Source: Ginglymostoma cirratum (lineage: Eukaryota). From it: a DNA stretch of 64,000 nucleotides. The DNA lies in contig JAHRHZ010000062.1 in the NCBI GenBank assembly GCA_024137785.1, positions 26,832,244 through 26,896,243 on the forward strand. Direction: 5' to 3'. The notes under the pieces were generated by a model. The model ran no database searches, was not told the origin of the DNA, and saw only the letters and a program-made list of their open reading frames with translations. Positions 14,424 to 26,205 of the stretch are shown here, one piece after another. Each line of letters opens with the position of its first letter. Within the stretch, counting starts at the first letter, position 1. Made by a program: the position numbers and the translations under genes.

Positions 14424-14708
14424 AAGTAATGTAGAATTAAGGAGGTGAGGGAGCAGTGCAGGCGTTGAAAAAAATGGAGCCTGAAGGGAAGGCAAGTATG
14501 GTTGAGATTTAATTGGTATTGGGGTACAGTGAGAGTAGAAGGATTTAATCTGTGGTAAATGTTCTTGGGGATATTAAGGAATTGAGTTTGAAATTCAGTT
14601 CAGCTTGAGAACTGTAACTGTGAATCTTTGGGTTCAGCATAAGTAAACGTTGAGAAGGAGGATGGGGGCACAGTCAAAGTAACAGAAGTTTTGCAAGAAA
14701 TCAAAGTG

Positions 14709-15080
14709 GAGTGGCATGGTGGCTCAGTGGTTAGCACTGCTGCCTCGCAGCACCAGGGACCTGGGTTTGATTCCAGCCTTGGGTGACTGCCTGTGTGGAG
14801 TTTGCATGTTCTCTCTATGTCTGTGTGAGATTTTGCCAGGTACTCTGGTTTTCTTCCACAAAAATGTGTGAGCCAGTTGGATTGGCCATGGTTCATTGCC
14901 CTGTAATGTCTAGGGATATGCAGGTTAGATGGATTAGCCATGGTAAAATGTAGGGTTACAGGGATTGGGTGGGGGCCACTGGCTCCGGGTGTGATAGTCT
15001 TCGGAGGGTTAGTGCAACTCAATGGGCTGAATGGCCTCTTTCCATAAAGTAGGGATTCTATGGTTCTATGATTTTATGAT
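14709..15080 (+). mobile_element. tRNA-derived V-SINE (HE1-like), full length
   Basis: Pol III A box TGGCTCAGTGG, B-box-like GGTTTGATTCC, V-domain GTGTGGAGTTTGCATGTTCTC, CR1-derived tail ATGGGCTGAATGGCCT and terminal TTCTATG repeats. Confidence 0.92.
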
Positions 15081-16911
15081 CAAGCAGGATGGCTTTGAAC
15101 TCACCACTGTTAATTTGGAGAAAGTTCTGCCTAATCTATGATTTCCTGTCAAATAGTAATGAATCATACTAAGGGAAAAGAGGGAAGTAGCTTGGGTGGT
15201 ATCAGCTTATAAATCAAAGTTGACTAGAAATCTATTGATAATGTTACCGAGGGGCAGCATGTAAATGGGATTAGAAAGGGTGAAGGTTGTGAACTTGATG
15301 AATAATTCCAAAACAGTGTATCAAAGCATTGATGATGCATCAACTTCAAGCTGAAATGGTAAATGTCAAGGCTTCTAATTTTCCTTCTTGCCAAAGTAAG
15401 TAGTCTCACAGAGACATTGTCAAAGAGTTAATTATTAGTGGATCATATCAAGCGAAAGTGTCCTCTACAGTTCATCAATGGCTCTGTTGCTAAGTACCTT
15501 GGCCAAGTGAAACTGAGCCCAGCAGGCCAGCAAGATCCCAGATTCAATTCCGTCTGTGGAATTGTACCCGGCATAAGTTAGCACCTTCAAGGGAGGAAGA
15601 GAGAAAACTGACAAAAGTGTGGCCTAGGCATCTTGCCCAATGAGTATTTGAACAGGCTGAATACTGTAAAGAGCTTATCAGCATCTCAGCATCCTTTTTG
15701 GTGAAGGATAGCACCTCACTGCTGAGACTTTCCGCTTATATGCAGATATTTAAGTCACTAAGACCACATCTCATTCAAACTCTTTCGCTTTGCGTTGTAG
15801 TTCAGCAGCAACTACTGGTTTAAATAACTTTGACATTCTTAATATCTTTTGCAATAGCAATGACATCCTTTGAATAAAAAGAGGCAGACATTGTTAGCAT
15901 CAGTAGGATCTCCTTTGAATGGAAAAGTTTTAAAATAGAGGGTTTAATGCCAGTATTGGCCTGGCTTACCAGTATTGTACTTACATTATGTGGCATAATC
16001 CTTCCCACAAATATCCATACTCTGAGGGGCCATTTAGCAGTTACTGTGCAGCTGTTACACAACGTTTTAATTAACTCTTGCCCCTTTCTCGTAATATTGT
16101 GGTAAAACTGCCTGAAACGACCTGCACATTACTTATTGCAGACATTGCTGAATGATATGAAGCTACCCTTCACTAACAGCAATGCAAATTCATAGGGGAA
16201 ACATTATTAATGACACACTTTATAACAGGGGCTAGGAATAATAATAAAAGAAAAAAAATCATTTGAACACTTGTGTTCATGCCTCCTGAGAGTGTTTAAA
16301 ATAATTAGCTTCTTTCCCCTCTTAAATAAGCATTTTTTTTTGTCAACGTGTTCTGTTAGCACTCACTCTCAACCCAGCTGTATCAGCCTCCAGGTCAAAT
16401 TTGACAATGCATCTATCTAATTTCTCCTTGCAAGTTGTGCTGTCTTGCATGTGGGTTAGACGTGAGGTAGGTGCCAATTCACTGCTCTTGTTAGTATGAA
16501 GTATAGTGGCTTCAGGAAGCAGACTCCACTTGAGTTGAATGCCCATTCCTTCTTTAAGTGATGAAGTAACCCTTTGAAAACCAATGCCACAATATTCTAT
16601 TTTGCAATTTTTTTTTGCCAACAAAGCTACCTTCTTTGCTATTTTTAAATAAATTCCTATTTGCTTAAAATAAATAGTATGGGGTTTTGCAGATGTCTAC
16701 AAGCAGTCACACATACGGCTCTGCTTTACAAAACCTGAGAAGGATATGTAACTGTCAATATAAGTCCACACCACAGACTCAGCGTGGAGGAGGTTGAGGA
16801 CTTGATCAGAGATATGCAGTACAACAATAATGCAGGCGTTACTGTGGGAGATCTCAATCTATTCTTATTTTTAACTATATTTCATCTTTTGAAATATTTT
16901 TGAAATATTAT

Positions 16912-18376
16912 GGGCCAAATTTTCTGGTCTCTGGATCATCGTAGAATAGTTAAATGACGGAACACTTGCGTCGGGATACTGTGGGAGTCCTGACGTGTGG
17001 AATTCCTTGGCAAATTTAAATATCTTTGCTCCCCAGGACCCTCCACAAATGTCTGACTTTGATGTAGAGTTGGAGACTTCAGACAGTTCCACAGCATTTG
17101 CCTCATAGATGTAGAAAATATTAGACAGAAAAAAAACCACATGAACCAAATCCTAGTGTAACTACACAACTCACATCTCCACTTCCCCAATCACTTTTCC
17201 CAGTGCTTTAACCACTTGATTATCCCCAACAACCTGATAGTCAGGTCAGGTCAAGTCAATCCTCCAGTCATCCTGATAGTCAACTAATTCGCTATCGAGC
17301 ACCCCAATCACTTCTTCTATCCTTTTCCCCATCTCGACACCCCACCCAACTATCCACTGATCCAAATACCCTACAACCACCCACGTACCCTCCTGACCTG
17401 AAAATCACCAAACTATGACTGACCCAACCTGACTATCTCCTCACAAAAAAAACTGCAGATACTGAAAATCTGAAACAAAAAACAAAATAGCTGGAGAAAC
17501 TCAGTAGGACTGGCAGCATCTGTGCAGTGACCTTTCTTCAGCAGTATCTATTCTGAAGAAGAGTCATTGGATCTGAATAGTTGACTCTGCTTTCTCTCTG
17601 TAGAAACTGCCAGACCTGCTGAGTTTCTCCAGCTATTTCTCATTATCCCCTAGATCACCAGACTACACATTCTCCAAACCAATTTGATGCAACTATCTTC
17701 TGATCTGACTGTCTGCTGGATTTGATCCAACAATAATCCAACTACAGCCTTGACTAATCCCTAGACCAATCAACTATCCCGAACCCCCCACTCAACCTGA
17801 TCCAAAAACATCACTGACTGGGCAGGACTATCAACTCCTGACTCTCTTCCCAGTCAGACTAAGCACTGACCCAATGCAACAGTGGCCCAACTACAGACTA
17901 AACCTGTTACCTAACTACTTACTCACCCACCAACCCACAGAACACACCTTCCACCTCACCCACAAACCTAGAAGCCCTTTGCACCCACCAAATCTGCTAC
18001 TCACCCACCTACCCACACTACATGCCTACCCACTTGATTCATGCACCCTCCCTGTCCACCTCACTCAGCTACCTATCCATTTATTCACCACACCCTTCTC
18101 ATCCACCGACCTACCTACCTTACCTAACTGCCTACTTCAGTTGTTCCTCACTTATCCATTCACTCGCTCACATTCAGAAACTGGGCCTTTTAAAAAAAGC
18201 ATTGTGCGCTATCTTCTGCTAGACTCTACTCTGCCCTGATGGACCTCACCTCACTAAGGGACACTGCACTGTACACTTATTTGACATCTGGTACGGAAAG
18301 AGCTCATGACAGTATCAATTTGGAAGAACACAGCAGCAGTCTGCGCATTATTGCTGCTGCTCAGAAAATTCGGGGC
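16912..18376. mobile_element. Putative non-autonomous DNA transposon (PIF/Harbinger-like) with C/A-rich low-complexity interior
   Basis: Imperfect terminal inverted repeats GGGCCAAATTTTCTG (16912-16926) and CAGAAAATTCGGGGC (18362-18376), 12/15 match; interior 17170-18180 is degenerate CTGACTATCC/CACCCACC repeat. Confidence 0.4.
17443..17638. mobile_element. Penelope-like pLTR-derived fold-back insert
   Basis: Inverted arms AATAGCTGGAGAAACTCAG..GGCAG / CTGCCAGACCTGCTGAGTTTCTCCAGCTATT around a decayed CTGAAGAAGAGTC core; same family as 20202, 51077, 57004, 61671. Confidence 0.8.
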
Positions 18377-18484
18377 TATATGTCTTAGGTAATCTGTTTA
18401 ATGTTTAAACAGATATTGATGATTTGATTGATTGGGTAGCACTCAAGAAAGAATTCCTCTGGTTGGTCTGTGTGGCAAAAACCT

Positions 18485-18630
18485 AAATGTGTTGCTGCAA
18501 TTGTAAGGGGGCTTGGTGAGATTGTTTTTGGAGTATTGTGCAGTTTATTTTGCTTTATTTAAGGAAGCATATTTGCTTTGGAAGTAGTACAGCAAAGATT
18601 TAGTAGATTGGGCAACTGAGGAACTTGTCT
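18485..18630 (+). mobile_element. CR1 ORF2 small fragment
   Basis: GTGTTGCTGCAATTGTAA..TTGGTGAGA..TTGGAGTATTGTGCAGTTT encodes a decayed VLLQLY..LVR..LEYC.QF motif. Confidence 0.65.
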
Positions 18631-18719
18631 TATCATGAGTGAAATTTTGTGGAGGTGCGGCGGGGTGGCTGTTAGCTTGCATCACCTCTTTTTTGAAAGT
18701 TCTGCTACATCTTGTTATG

Positions 18720-19325
18720 AACGTACAAACAAGGAACAAGAATAGGCCATTTGGCCCTTCCAGCATGCCCAGAACCTACCTCTTGCTTAAAAATATTTAA
18801 AGATTCTACATCCGCTGACTCTTGAGGAAGGGATTTCCAAAGACTTGCAACCTCCTGAGAGAAAAAAGTTTCCGCATCTCAGTTTTAAATGGTAACCCTT
18901 TGTTTTTAAACTGTGACCCCCCTCCCCACCCCCGGCTCCACCCCCCAACCCCAGTTTAAGATTCTCCCACAAGAGGAAACAGCCTATCATATCCACCCAG
19001 TCAAGTCTCTTCAGGATTTTATATGTTTCAATTAAGTCACATCTGACTGTTTTGAACTCCGGAGGATACAGGCCTAGTCTGTATAGCTTTTCCTCTTAAG
19101 GCAATCTGCTCATTCCAGGTTTTGGTGTAGTGGACATTCTCTGAACTACTTCCAATGTGTTAACATCCCTCCATAAGTAAGGTGACCAGTATTGCATGCA
19201 GTACCCCAGACTCAATGCCCTGCATAACTGAAGTATAACCTCCTTACTCTTGTCTTCAATCCCCCTCACATTAAAATGTAACATTCTGTTACCTTTCCTG
19301 ATTACTTGCTGTACCTGCTTCATGT
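18720..19325 (-). mobile_element. CR1 LINE 3' fragment
   Basis: ORF 19096-19338 QVQQVIRKGNRML..RGIE.KSKEVILQL..YCMQYWSPYL..LEVVQR; ORF 18787-18996; CR1 tail GGGCCAAATGGCCT. Confidence 0.92.
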
Positions 19326-19833
19326 GTTGAAATCTCATACTTTGGAACAGAATATGTTTCTAGGGTTCGTGGCTGGTTTTCTTAGCAATCATTCACTTTG
19401 TGCTTACTTGGATGTTTACAGCATCCTTCCTTTGCCTTACCACCAAGAGGGCAGGTATGGCAACTGTGCTATGTCAATGAAACACCTATAGAATATGCAA
19501 GCAGATTACGTGACAAACACATGGAACATCCTCTAACCGAATTGCTATATCCAAAAGTCCGTATTGAGTAGTCCTTAGATCAGTCAAGAAGTACTATGGC
19601 CATTCATACTATGGAGGTTGGTCTGTCCTCAGTCAGGAAAGATGGTGGTGTGAATAGGAAGTACAGAGGGCATGAAGGGATGCAGTTTTGGGGAATGGGG
19701 TGGTTAAGAGTCATCACAGGAAGATGCTGTATGTTGCAGTGGGAGTGGTAGACCATGAACATTGTTGGGAGACTGGTGTAGCAGCAGAATTAGAGTGATC
19801 ATGAGGTAGCAGAGGGAAGTTAATTGCATTTAC

Positions 19834-20055
19834 TCTTGTGGAGTGCAGAAAGTTATTAATCTCCTGTGATATTGCAGTGCTTTCCTCCAGACCATGAACA
19901 ACATGCTAACCCAGGTGGGTTGCTTCAGAGCAGATTGGTAGCATTTGATGCTGCGGTCTCATCTAGCAATCTTGGGGAAAGAGGATAGGCCTTTCTCCAC
20001 CATTTCATTCAACAGGGGCTTCGACATCTTTGTCTGTGAAGCAGGGTGCCAACAT
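19834..20055 (-). pseudogene. Decayed PIF/Harbinger Myb/SANT-like (Myb_DNA-bind_5 type) ORF
   Basis: Manual translation with frameshifts and stops: MLAPCFTDKDVEA/LLNEMVE/RPILFPQD..RP..SEA/TWVS..RKALQYHRR/NNFLHSTR, then GT donor; fits APRFxxxxLExL..LFP..WxxVA..RxxxQCRKKxNDL. TIR-like GAAAATTCACC at ~20480-20490. Confidence 0.7.
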
Positions 20056-20200
20056 AATTTTCTTAGCCCATGTTGTTCTGAATTGAGTAGCTGCACACTA
20101 AGTGGAGATCCTGGCTTGCAGTTTTGGAAATAGTGTGCAGTTGGCGTTTAAACATGGTATCCACAGGATGGATACATAAGGAAGGGTCCTTACATAAGGA

Positions 20201-20304
20201 AGTTCTGAGGAAGGGTCACCGGACCTGAAATGTTAACTCTGATTCTTTTCTTCACAGGTGCTGCCAGACCTGCTGAGCTTTTTCAGCAACTTCTGTTTTT
20301 GTTC
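20201..20304 (+). mobile_element. Penelope-like pLTR fragment with hammerhead-like core
   Basis: CTGAGGA-A-GGGTC-ACCG-GACCT-GAAA-TGTT-AACT then GCTGCCAGACCTGCTGAGC; near-duplication ATGGATACATA (20168-20178) / ATGAATACATA (20305-20315). Confidence 0.8.
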
Positions 20305-23300
20305 ATGAATACATAGGTCCCAGCACCAGTTGGCAATTCCACTGCTGTTGAGTGCAAGAGGGCTGCTGATGCAATACTTAATGACCCAGAGCAGCAGAGT
20401 AGAAAAGTCACCTGGCCCTATCAGGTCACTGGAAATACTCCATGAAACTCCCCAAAATTGACATGTAGCCAAACTATGTGAAAATTCACCTCATGGTCTT
20501 TCCACAAAGAATACTGTCCATAGGAAATTTACACAGAACTGGTTAAGTTTTCTATACACAAAATGAGTTGTGACATTTTTCCTTTGTATATGTTAGTATT
20601 AGATATCATTATTAGATGATAAAAGCCTGATTTATTTCATCCAGGCAGACACTTAACATGTGCAGCTCTGTTGGGTCATTTTAAACGAGCACTGCACCCT
20701 GTTTGGTCAAATAGATCAAACCCTTTCCCTTTTGTGCAAACTACTGGAATACTTGTAACTCATGGAAAAAGTTTTAATAAGCAACGAATATTGCTACTAA
20801 ATTAGGATATTAAGAACAGAAAGATTTATGTACAGAATCCACTCAAAGCCAGAATTTCCAACTTAATACTATTGGATTTAGTTTGTCTGACAGCTTTGGT
20901 GTATTTCTTTTTTATGGATTTATGTTAAATATTATTTTTTTCAGTGTGCACATGTCCAATGACTAAGATCCTAGGTCATTCCTTAACATCCTACCCACAT
21001 CGAGAAAAAAAAACTGACTAGAAATCATTCAAACTGCAGCTTGTCCCTGCGCAGAACCCTGGCCTATTGCCCACCCTGGAGGTGTGATCTTGTAAAAAAA
21101 TCTTGCACAATGAATAGATCACTCCATCTGGGCATCTTGCATTTTGCTGTGCACTCTCTTAATCTTCTGCTACTTCAATGTTTAAAAACATTGGCCATTA
21201 AATTACATGTGGGACACCATGGTAGGTGTGTTTAACTTGACTGTATGACAGTATGTCTCCACTATCTAAAAGGAAGTGCTAACTCATTTACAATAAATTA
21301 CTCTGGTATCATGGTGGAATTATCAATTTTTCACAAATGGACGAAGAACACATCCATGGCTAACCTGTGTAGCATTTCAATGCCCATAGCCATGTAAATT
21401 GAATTTTTGCATTTCAGTATCAATTTAACACACTTCCTACTTTGTAAGTTAATAGGAAGATTTTGCTGTCATCATGGCATCACTCAGATCAGAAAGTGGC
21501 AAAGTATTGTCCTCAATCTCACATTGTAACAAATTATTCTGCAGTCTCTTTATTCAATGTGCTGCAGAGCCACAGTCTTCTTTCACAACAGTTGGCACAT
21601 TGTGGAGTTTAGTCCAACATCCAGAAAACCAAATCACCCAAATATGTAACCAATTTGATTAATCCAAGGCTTGATTGCATTTCATTCGGGTCTGCTTATC
21701 TTTTGACTTCATCAACTTTTGTCAAGTCTAAAGCTGGATAGGGGATAGAATAATGGAAAAAGGGCTTGGATGTAAGTTCTGCTTATTTCTACTGAAAATT
21801 AATTCAAAATCAGAGATTTCACAACTGGCACCTTCACAGCTTAGTGGTGAGATAAAAATATGGGAGCGATGTAGAGGAAACAATTTTTGTTTTAATAATC
21901 AGAGTTTTGGAGCCCAGTTTCCAGCTTAGAAATTTCTGGACTTAAGACTGGACTGGCTGGTCCAAAACCCAGATGAGAATAGATTTTACAAATGCAACTA
22001 AGTGACTATGCTTAGATCATTTACTGTCATGTATAATTCAGTGAGCTGCAGTTTGTTGTTCTGTGAATTTGAATTCTCATTGATGTTTTCAATTACAGAC
22101 AGAGCAGGGTATATTCCAGTAATCAACAAGGCGCCACATTGTCATTGTGGTGAACAATTACAAGTGAAAGCAATTATCGGCACAGTGGAATCCTCTCATG
22201 CACAATAGGTCTGGACTGACAGGGCTGGGGCGTGTGTAGCATTGAAAACTTTGGTCTGCTTAGGTCAATGTTGAGCACGTGTTTAACAAAAGTGAAACTT
22301 GATACCACTTATATCAGTTAGGATACTTCCAGAAATTCTCTTTGGCTAGGTGGGCACATGATTGGCTGTGTGCTTGTGTTTGCATCTGCACTTTAAGAAG
22401 ATTAAACTATAATTTGCTGTTTTAATTTCTCAGTGGAATATATAGTAACAAAACAAGATGAGGGGCTTTCATGGCTCATTAAATGAAGATGTTGCCTTGT
22501 TCTGAAAAATTTTGGTTGGCCCATTTTTGGAAAGTTGCACTTTAATTCAAACAAAACATTGAAATGGCCTTAATTTTGCAATCAGCAGCAAAGCAATGAC
22601 ACTCATCGCTGACCTTGAGGAAAACTGCCCATAAAAGATCCAGCATTCTCTATGGTTTGGTTTCCCATTTTCTCAACAGCTGTTTAAATCTGAAGCCAAG
22701 TCAAGGGGAGTTCTTGGTGTGCAGGAACAATGACGTCAGCAAGCAGCTAAGGAGCCAAACACATTGAAGCAGTAACACTCACAACATACCAGGAAGTTAA
22801 AAACAACTGAATCCCTTCACTTTTAATTTAAGGTATCAAATAAATTGGATTTTTTTTAAGAAATGGGGACAGTTTATAATTAATCTGAACTTTGATATCT
22901 CACAAATAGGAAACAAGCTTCTCAAGGGCAGTGAGCATGTCTTGTAGTAGTTCTAAAGACATTGTTAAAAACCCAGGCAACATTTCATTCAATACAGTGT
23001 AATTTTTTAAGAAAGTTTACAATGTTTTATCAGCATAGAAATGGAAATTTTAATCAAATTTGGATTTTATGGGAGATTACAGGTTCTAGGAACCTTGATT
23101 GCATCCTATAAAGGAGCATAGACTCACTGGCAGCTGTTCCTATATTTCCTAGTTATTCTTCACATCTGCAGATTTCCAAACTTTCAGGGCAGTATTGAGC
23201 ATTGAGCGTTTTGCCATCAGCTGTACACAAAAATCAGTGTGAATGAGTGCTGGCTGAAGCAGTTTCTATATTTTGATCCAAATGTGATTATTAGTGATGG

Positions 23301-25994
23301 CATTGCACACTTCTCAAAGTGAATAGAATTTGCCATGAATATGTTATTTTGAAATCTTCTTATTTATTACAATATCGATACAAGTCCGAAACACTGTACA
23401 ATAAGAATTGCACATTCTTGATCAACACTGAGTTTTGTTTTTGTGGGGGATTTAGTTAGAATAAACACCTTGTGAACAGAAATTAAAAAGAAACATTGGG
23501 ACAATATTATAAGATAACATTTTCAGTGATTGTTATTCCAGTTACATTAAAGAATTTCAAAAATAGAAAGTAAATTCTCTGCAAGAGTTTGAGGATAAGC
23601 ACCTCTGGGTGAGACCATTTTAAAAAGCACACTCATTTGGCAATCTTCTGTTAAAGAGGTGCTGCCACCACTGCAAACCTTTCGTTAATGCTTATTTTAA
23701 GATACTTCCCACTTTACAGGACTATTATGTTGCAAATCCCCTCTTTAAAATGCATGAGGAATTTTTAAATGCAGTTAAAAAAAAACTTCTAGGTCGATCA
23801 GTTTCGTTATGACTGTCCATGGAAAGTGACAGAAATGGATGTGAAGAATTTTATGACAATAGGAATAATATACTTGTGACGCAGCCATTCTGTTGGAAGC
23901 CAACTCATTGTATGAATATGGGACATAAATAAAAATGATGCAGATTCTAATGGCAGATGAAATGAAAGCATGTCAAATCATGAACCAACCTCATCAATAT
24001 AATAATTAAGATTTCAGTCCAAAATTATGATTTGGCATGGGATGCCTGTCAAACAGCCTATTCTTGGGCAGACAAAATATTGTCTTAGTAAATGTTCCTT
24101 TTACAATTCCCATTAAAAAAAATCATGATTACTGTTAAAGTGCCCTGTAGGTACCGTTAAAATTAAAGCTGAGTAGAAACTTAGGTACCCAAAATTTCTT
24201 AGTAGAGTGCAAAGCGTATGGTCCATTAATCAAAATAGGATCCATGGAACTAGTGAGGTAGTGAGTTTCCCATGACACAGCAGTGTACGCAGCACATAAA
24301 CATAGGGAGACAAGTAACTGTTTTACCAGCACAAAAAGAGCCTTTTATCTGAACATAACTTCTGATGACAATCTGAGATACCACTAGTAACTATGAAAAT
24401 CATCAAAGTGAACTGCAGTGTATTCTCATTCGTTTCCCCAATATTCCTCCGTCTCCTGGAAGGACTAACTCATGATAAGGTGAAGCACTTCACCATTCTT
24501 CACGTGTGCAATCCTAGTTACTGTAAGCAGGCAAAGCAATCCTGACTCTACTCTTTCCTGATGGCTACTCCTACAGACTTTGCAGCAGTAATCACCGGAT
24601 AGTAATTAGCAGCAGCAACTCTGGTTCATTTTGTTCCCTGTTAATCTTGTGCTGAAGCTAACTGTAACACCCTTACTGTCATCCTAGTGAACTTGACACA
24701 AATCTGAAATTAAATTTGACACCTTCCTCATCTCAGTTGAATATTGTGTGGTGCATTTCCAATGGTCTGCAACTGAAAACTGTCTGTAGTCCAGAAATAT
24801 TGCATCAACACTATTTATTCATTGAGCAAGACTTGCTCATGATTGCTGAATATGGTCTGAAATTAGAACTTTGTTTATAATTTACCATAGTGCACCAGAG
24901 TTTAAAGCTTGCTGTGGTGAATTATCACCCTTGCAGACACTGAAATGATCCTTTACATCCATAGAATAAATTACAGGGACACGTGTAGAGGCTGCAGTTA
25001 TGAAGCCGCTTTGTTATTCAAAATAAGATACAGATGGTTACAGTGGTACTGTCAACCAACTCAAACAAATGCAGCAACATCTAAATTGAAGAGTGCTTAG
25101 GGTTGGAATTTGGGCTGGTTTGAATCTAATAGGCAAAGTCCCTTTAGTCTGTGTTGTAGTTTGCAGCTACATGTAATTTAAGATGCTTAGATCCAGTCAC
25201 TTAAAGTGCAATACAAAATGTGGAATAAAACTGTCTGGATGATTAGGTATTGATTAAATATTTTTGGGTAATAAAGAATATTAATTTGTTTCGTTCATTT
25301 GGATTCCTAGATATCAATTGAATGAATTCTGATAATACAGAGAAAGATGAATTTCTGATTTAATAAGATACATTTCTTACAACTTTCCAATCTTGATTAG
25401 GGAGTAAGTGGCAAAAAGCACAACAAAAGCTTGAGAGTGAGCATCATTGTGAATAAGAGAGTAAATTATGACCTGTTGAGAAGTGACTGATAGATGTAAC
25501 AGAGAACAAAGCATACCTGAAGTTATTGATGAAGAGAAAAATGTAAGTTGAGAACCAATTGACAAATAATAATTGAAACACAGAAATGAGAGAATAACAG
25601 TGACTGTGGGAGGTATGCACAGTGAATGGCAATGAACAGGAATTGTGTGACAGAACTGTCACACTGTAATAATACAGAAATACAAACTTAAATCATTAAT
25701 TGATGACAGCAGAATATCTGCACCACCACCCCAACACATACAAACACTCACACCTTACTTCACTCCCAGGTATTTTTATATATGTGTAAAAGTTAGGCCC
25801 TTGTCAATATGGTCAAGGGGTAGGCGTCTTTCGTTAATATATTACAGATAGCTGTGATATTAAACAGGAGGATATATGGTACAACTGATGGCTAATGTTC
25901 ATCATTATCATCATTAGGATAATCATGTGCGCTCTACTGAAGGCAAGTTTTTGGGTCATAGCAGTCTTTCCACGTATCTCTATCCTGTACCAAG

Positions 25995-26205
25995 GAGGTT
26001 GGTTAGTTTAGTTGGCAGGTTCACTGGCTTGTGATGCAGACTAATGCCAATAGTATGGGTTCAATTCCTGTACGATGAAAGTCTCACCTTCTTAATTTCA
26101 CCCCTTGCCTGAGGCTTGGTGACCCTCAGGATAAACTCCCACCAGTTCTGTCTCTCTCTGTAATGAGAGAGCAGCCCTCTGGGACAATGGTGGCTTGTAC
26201 TTTTA
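25995..26205 (+). mobile_element. tRNA-derived SINE
   Basis: A-box-like TAGTTTAGTTGG and B box GGTTCAATTCC, followed by a body with a CTCTCTC/GAGAGAG hairpin. Confidence 0.6.

Noticed and set aside
14709-14780. tRNA-like A/B boxes
   Set aside because: Head of the V-SINE, not a tRNA gene; no full cloverleaf.
17874-18239. 121 aa P/H/L/T-rich ORF
   Set aside because: Product of C/A-rich low-complexity sequence.
24254-24275. TGAGGTAGT resembles let-7
   Set aside because: 3' half does not match let-7 and no complementary star arm is visible.
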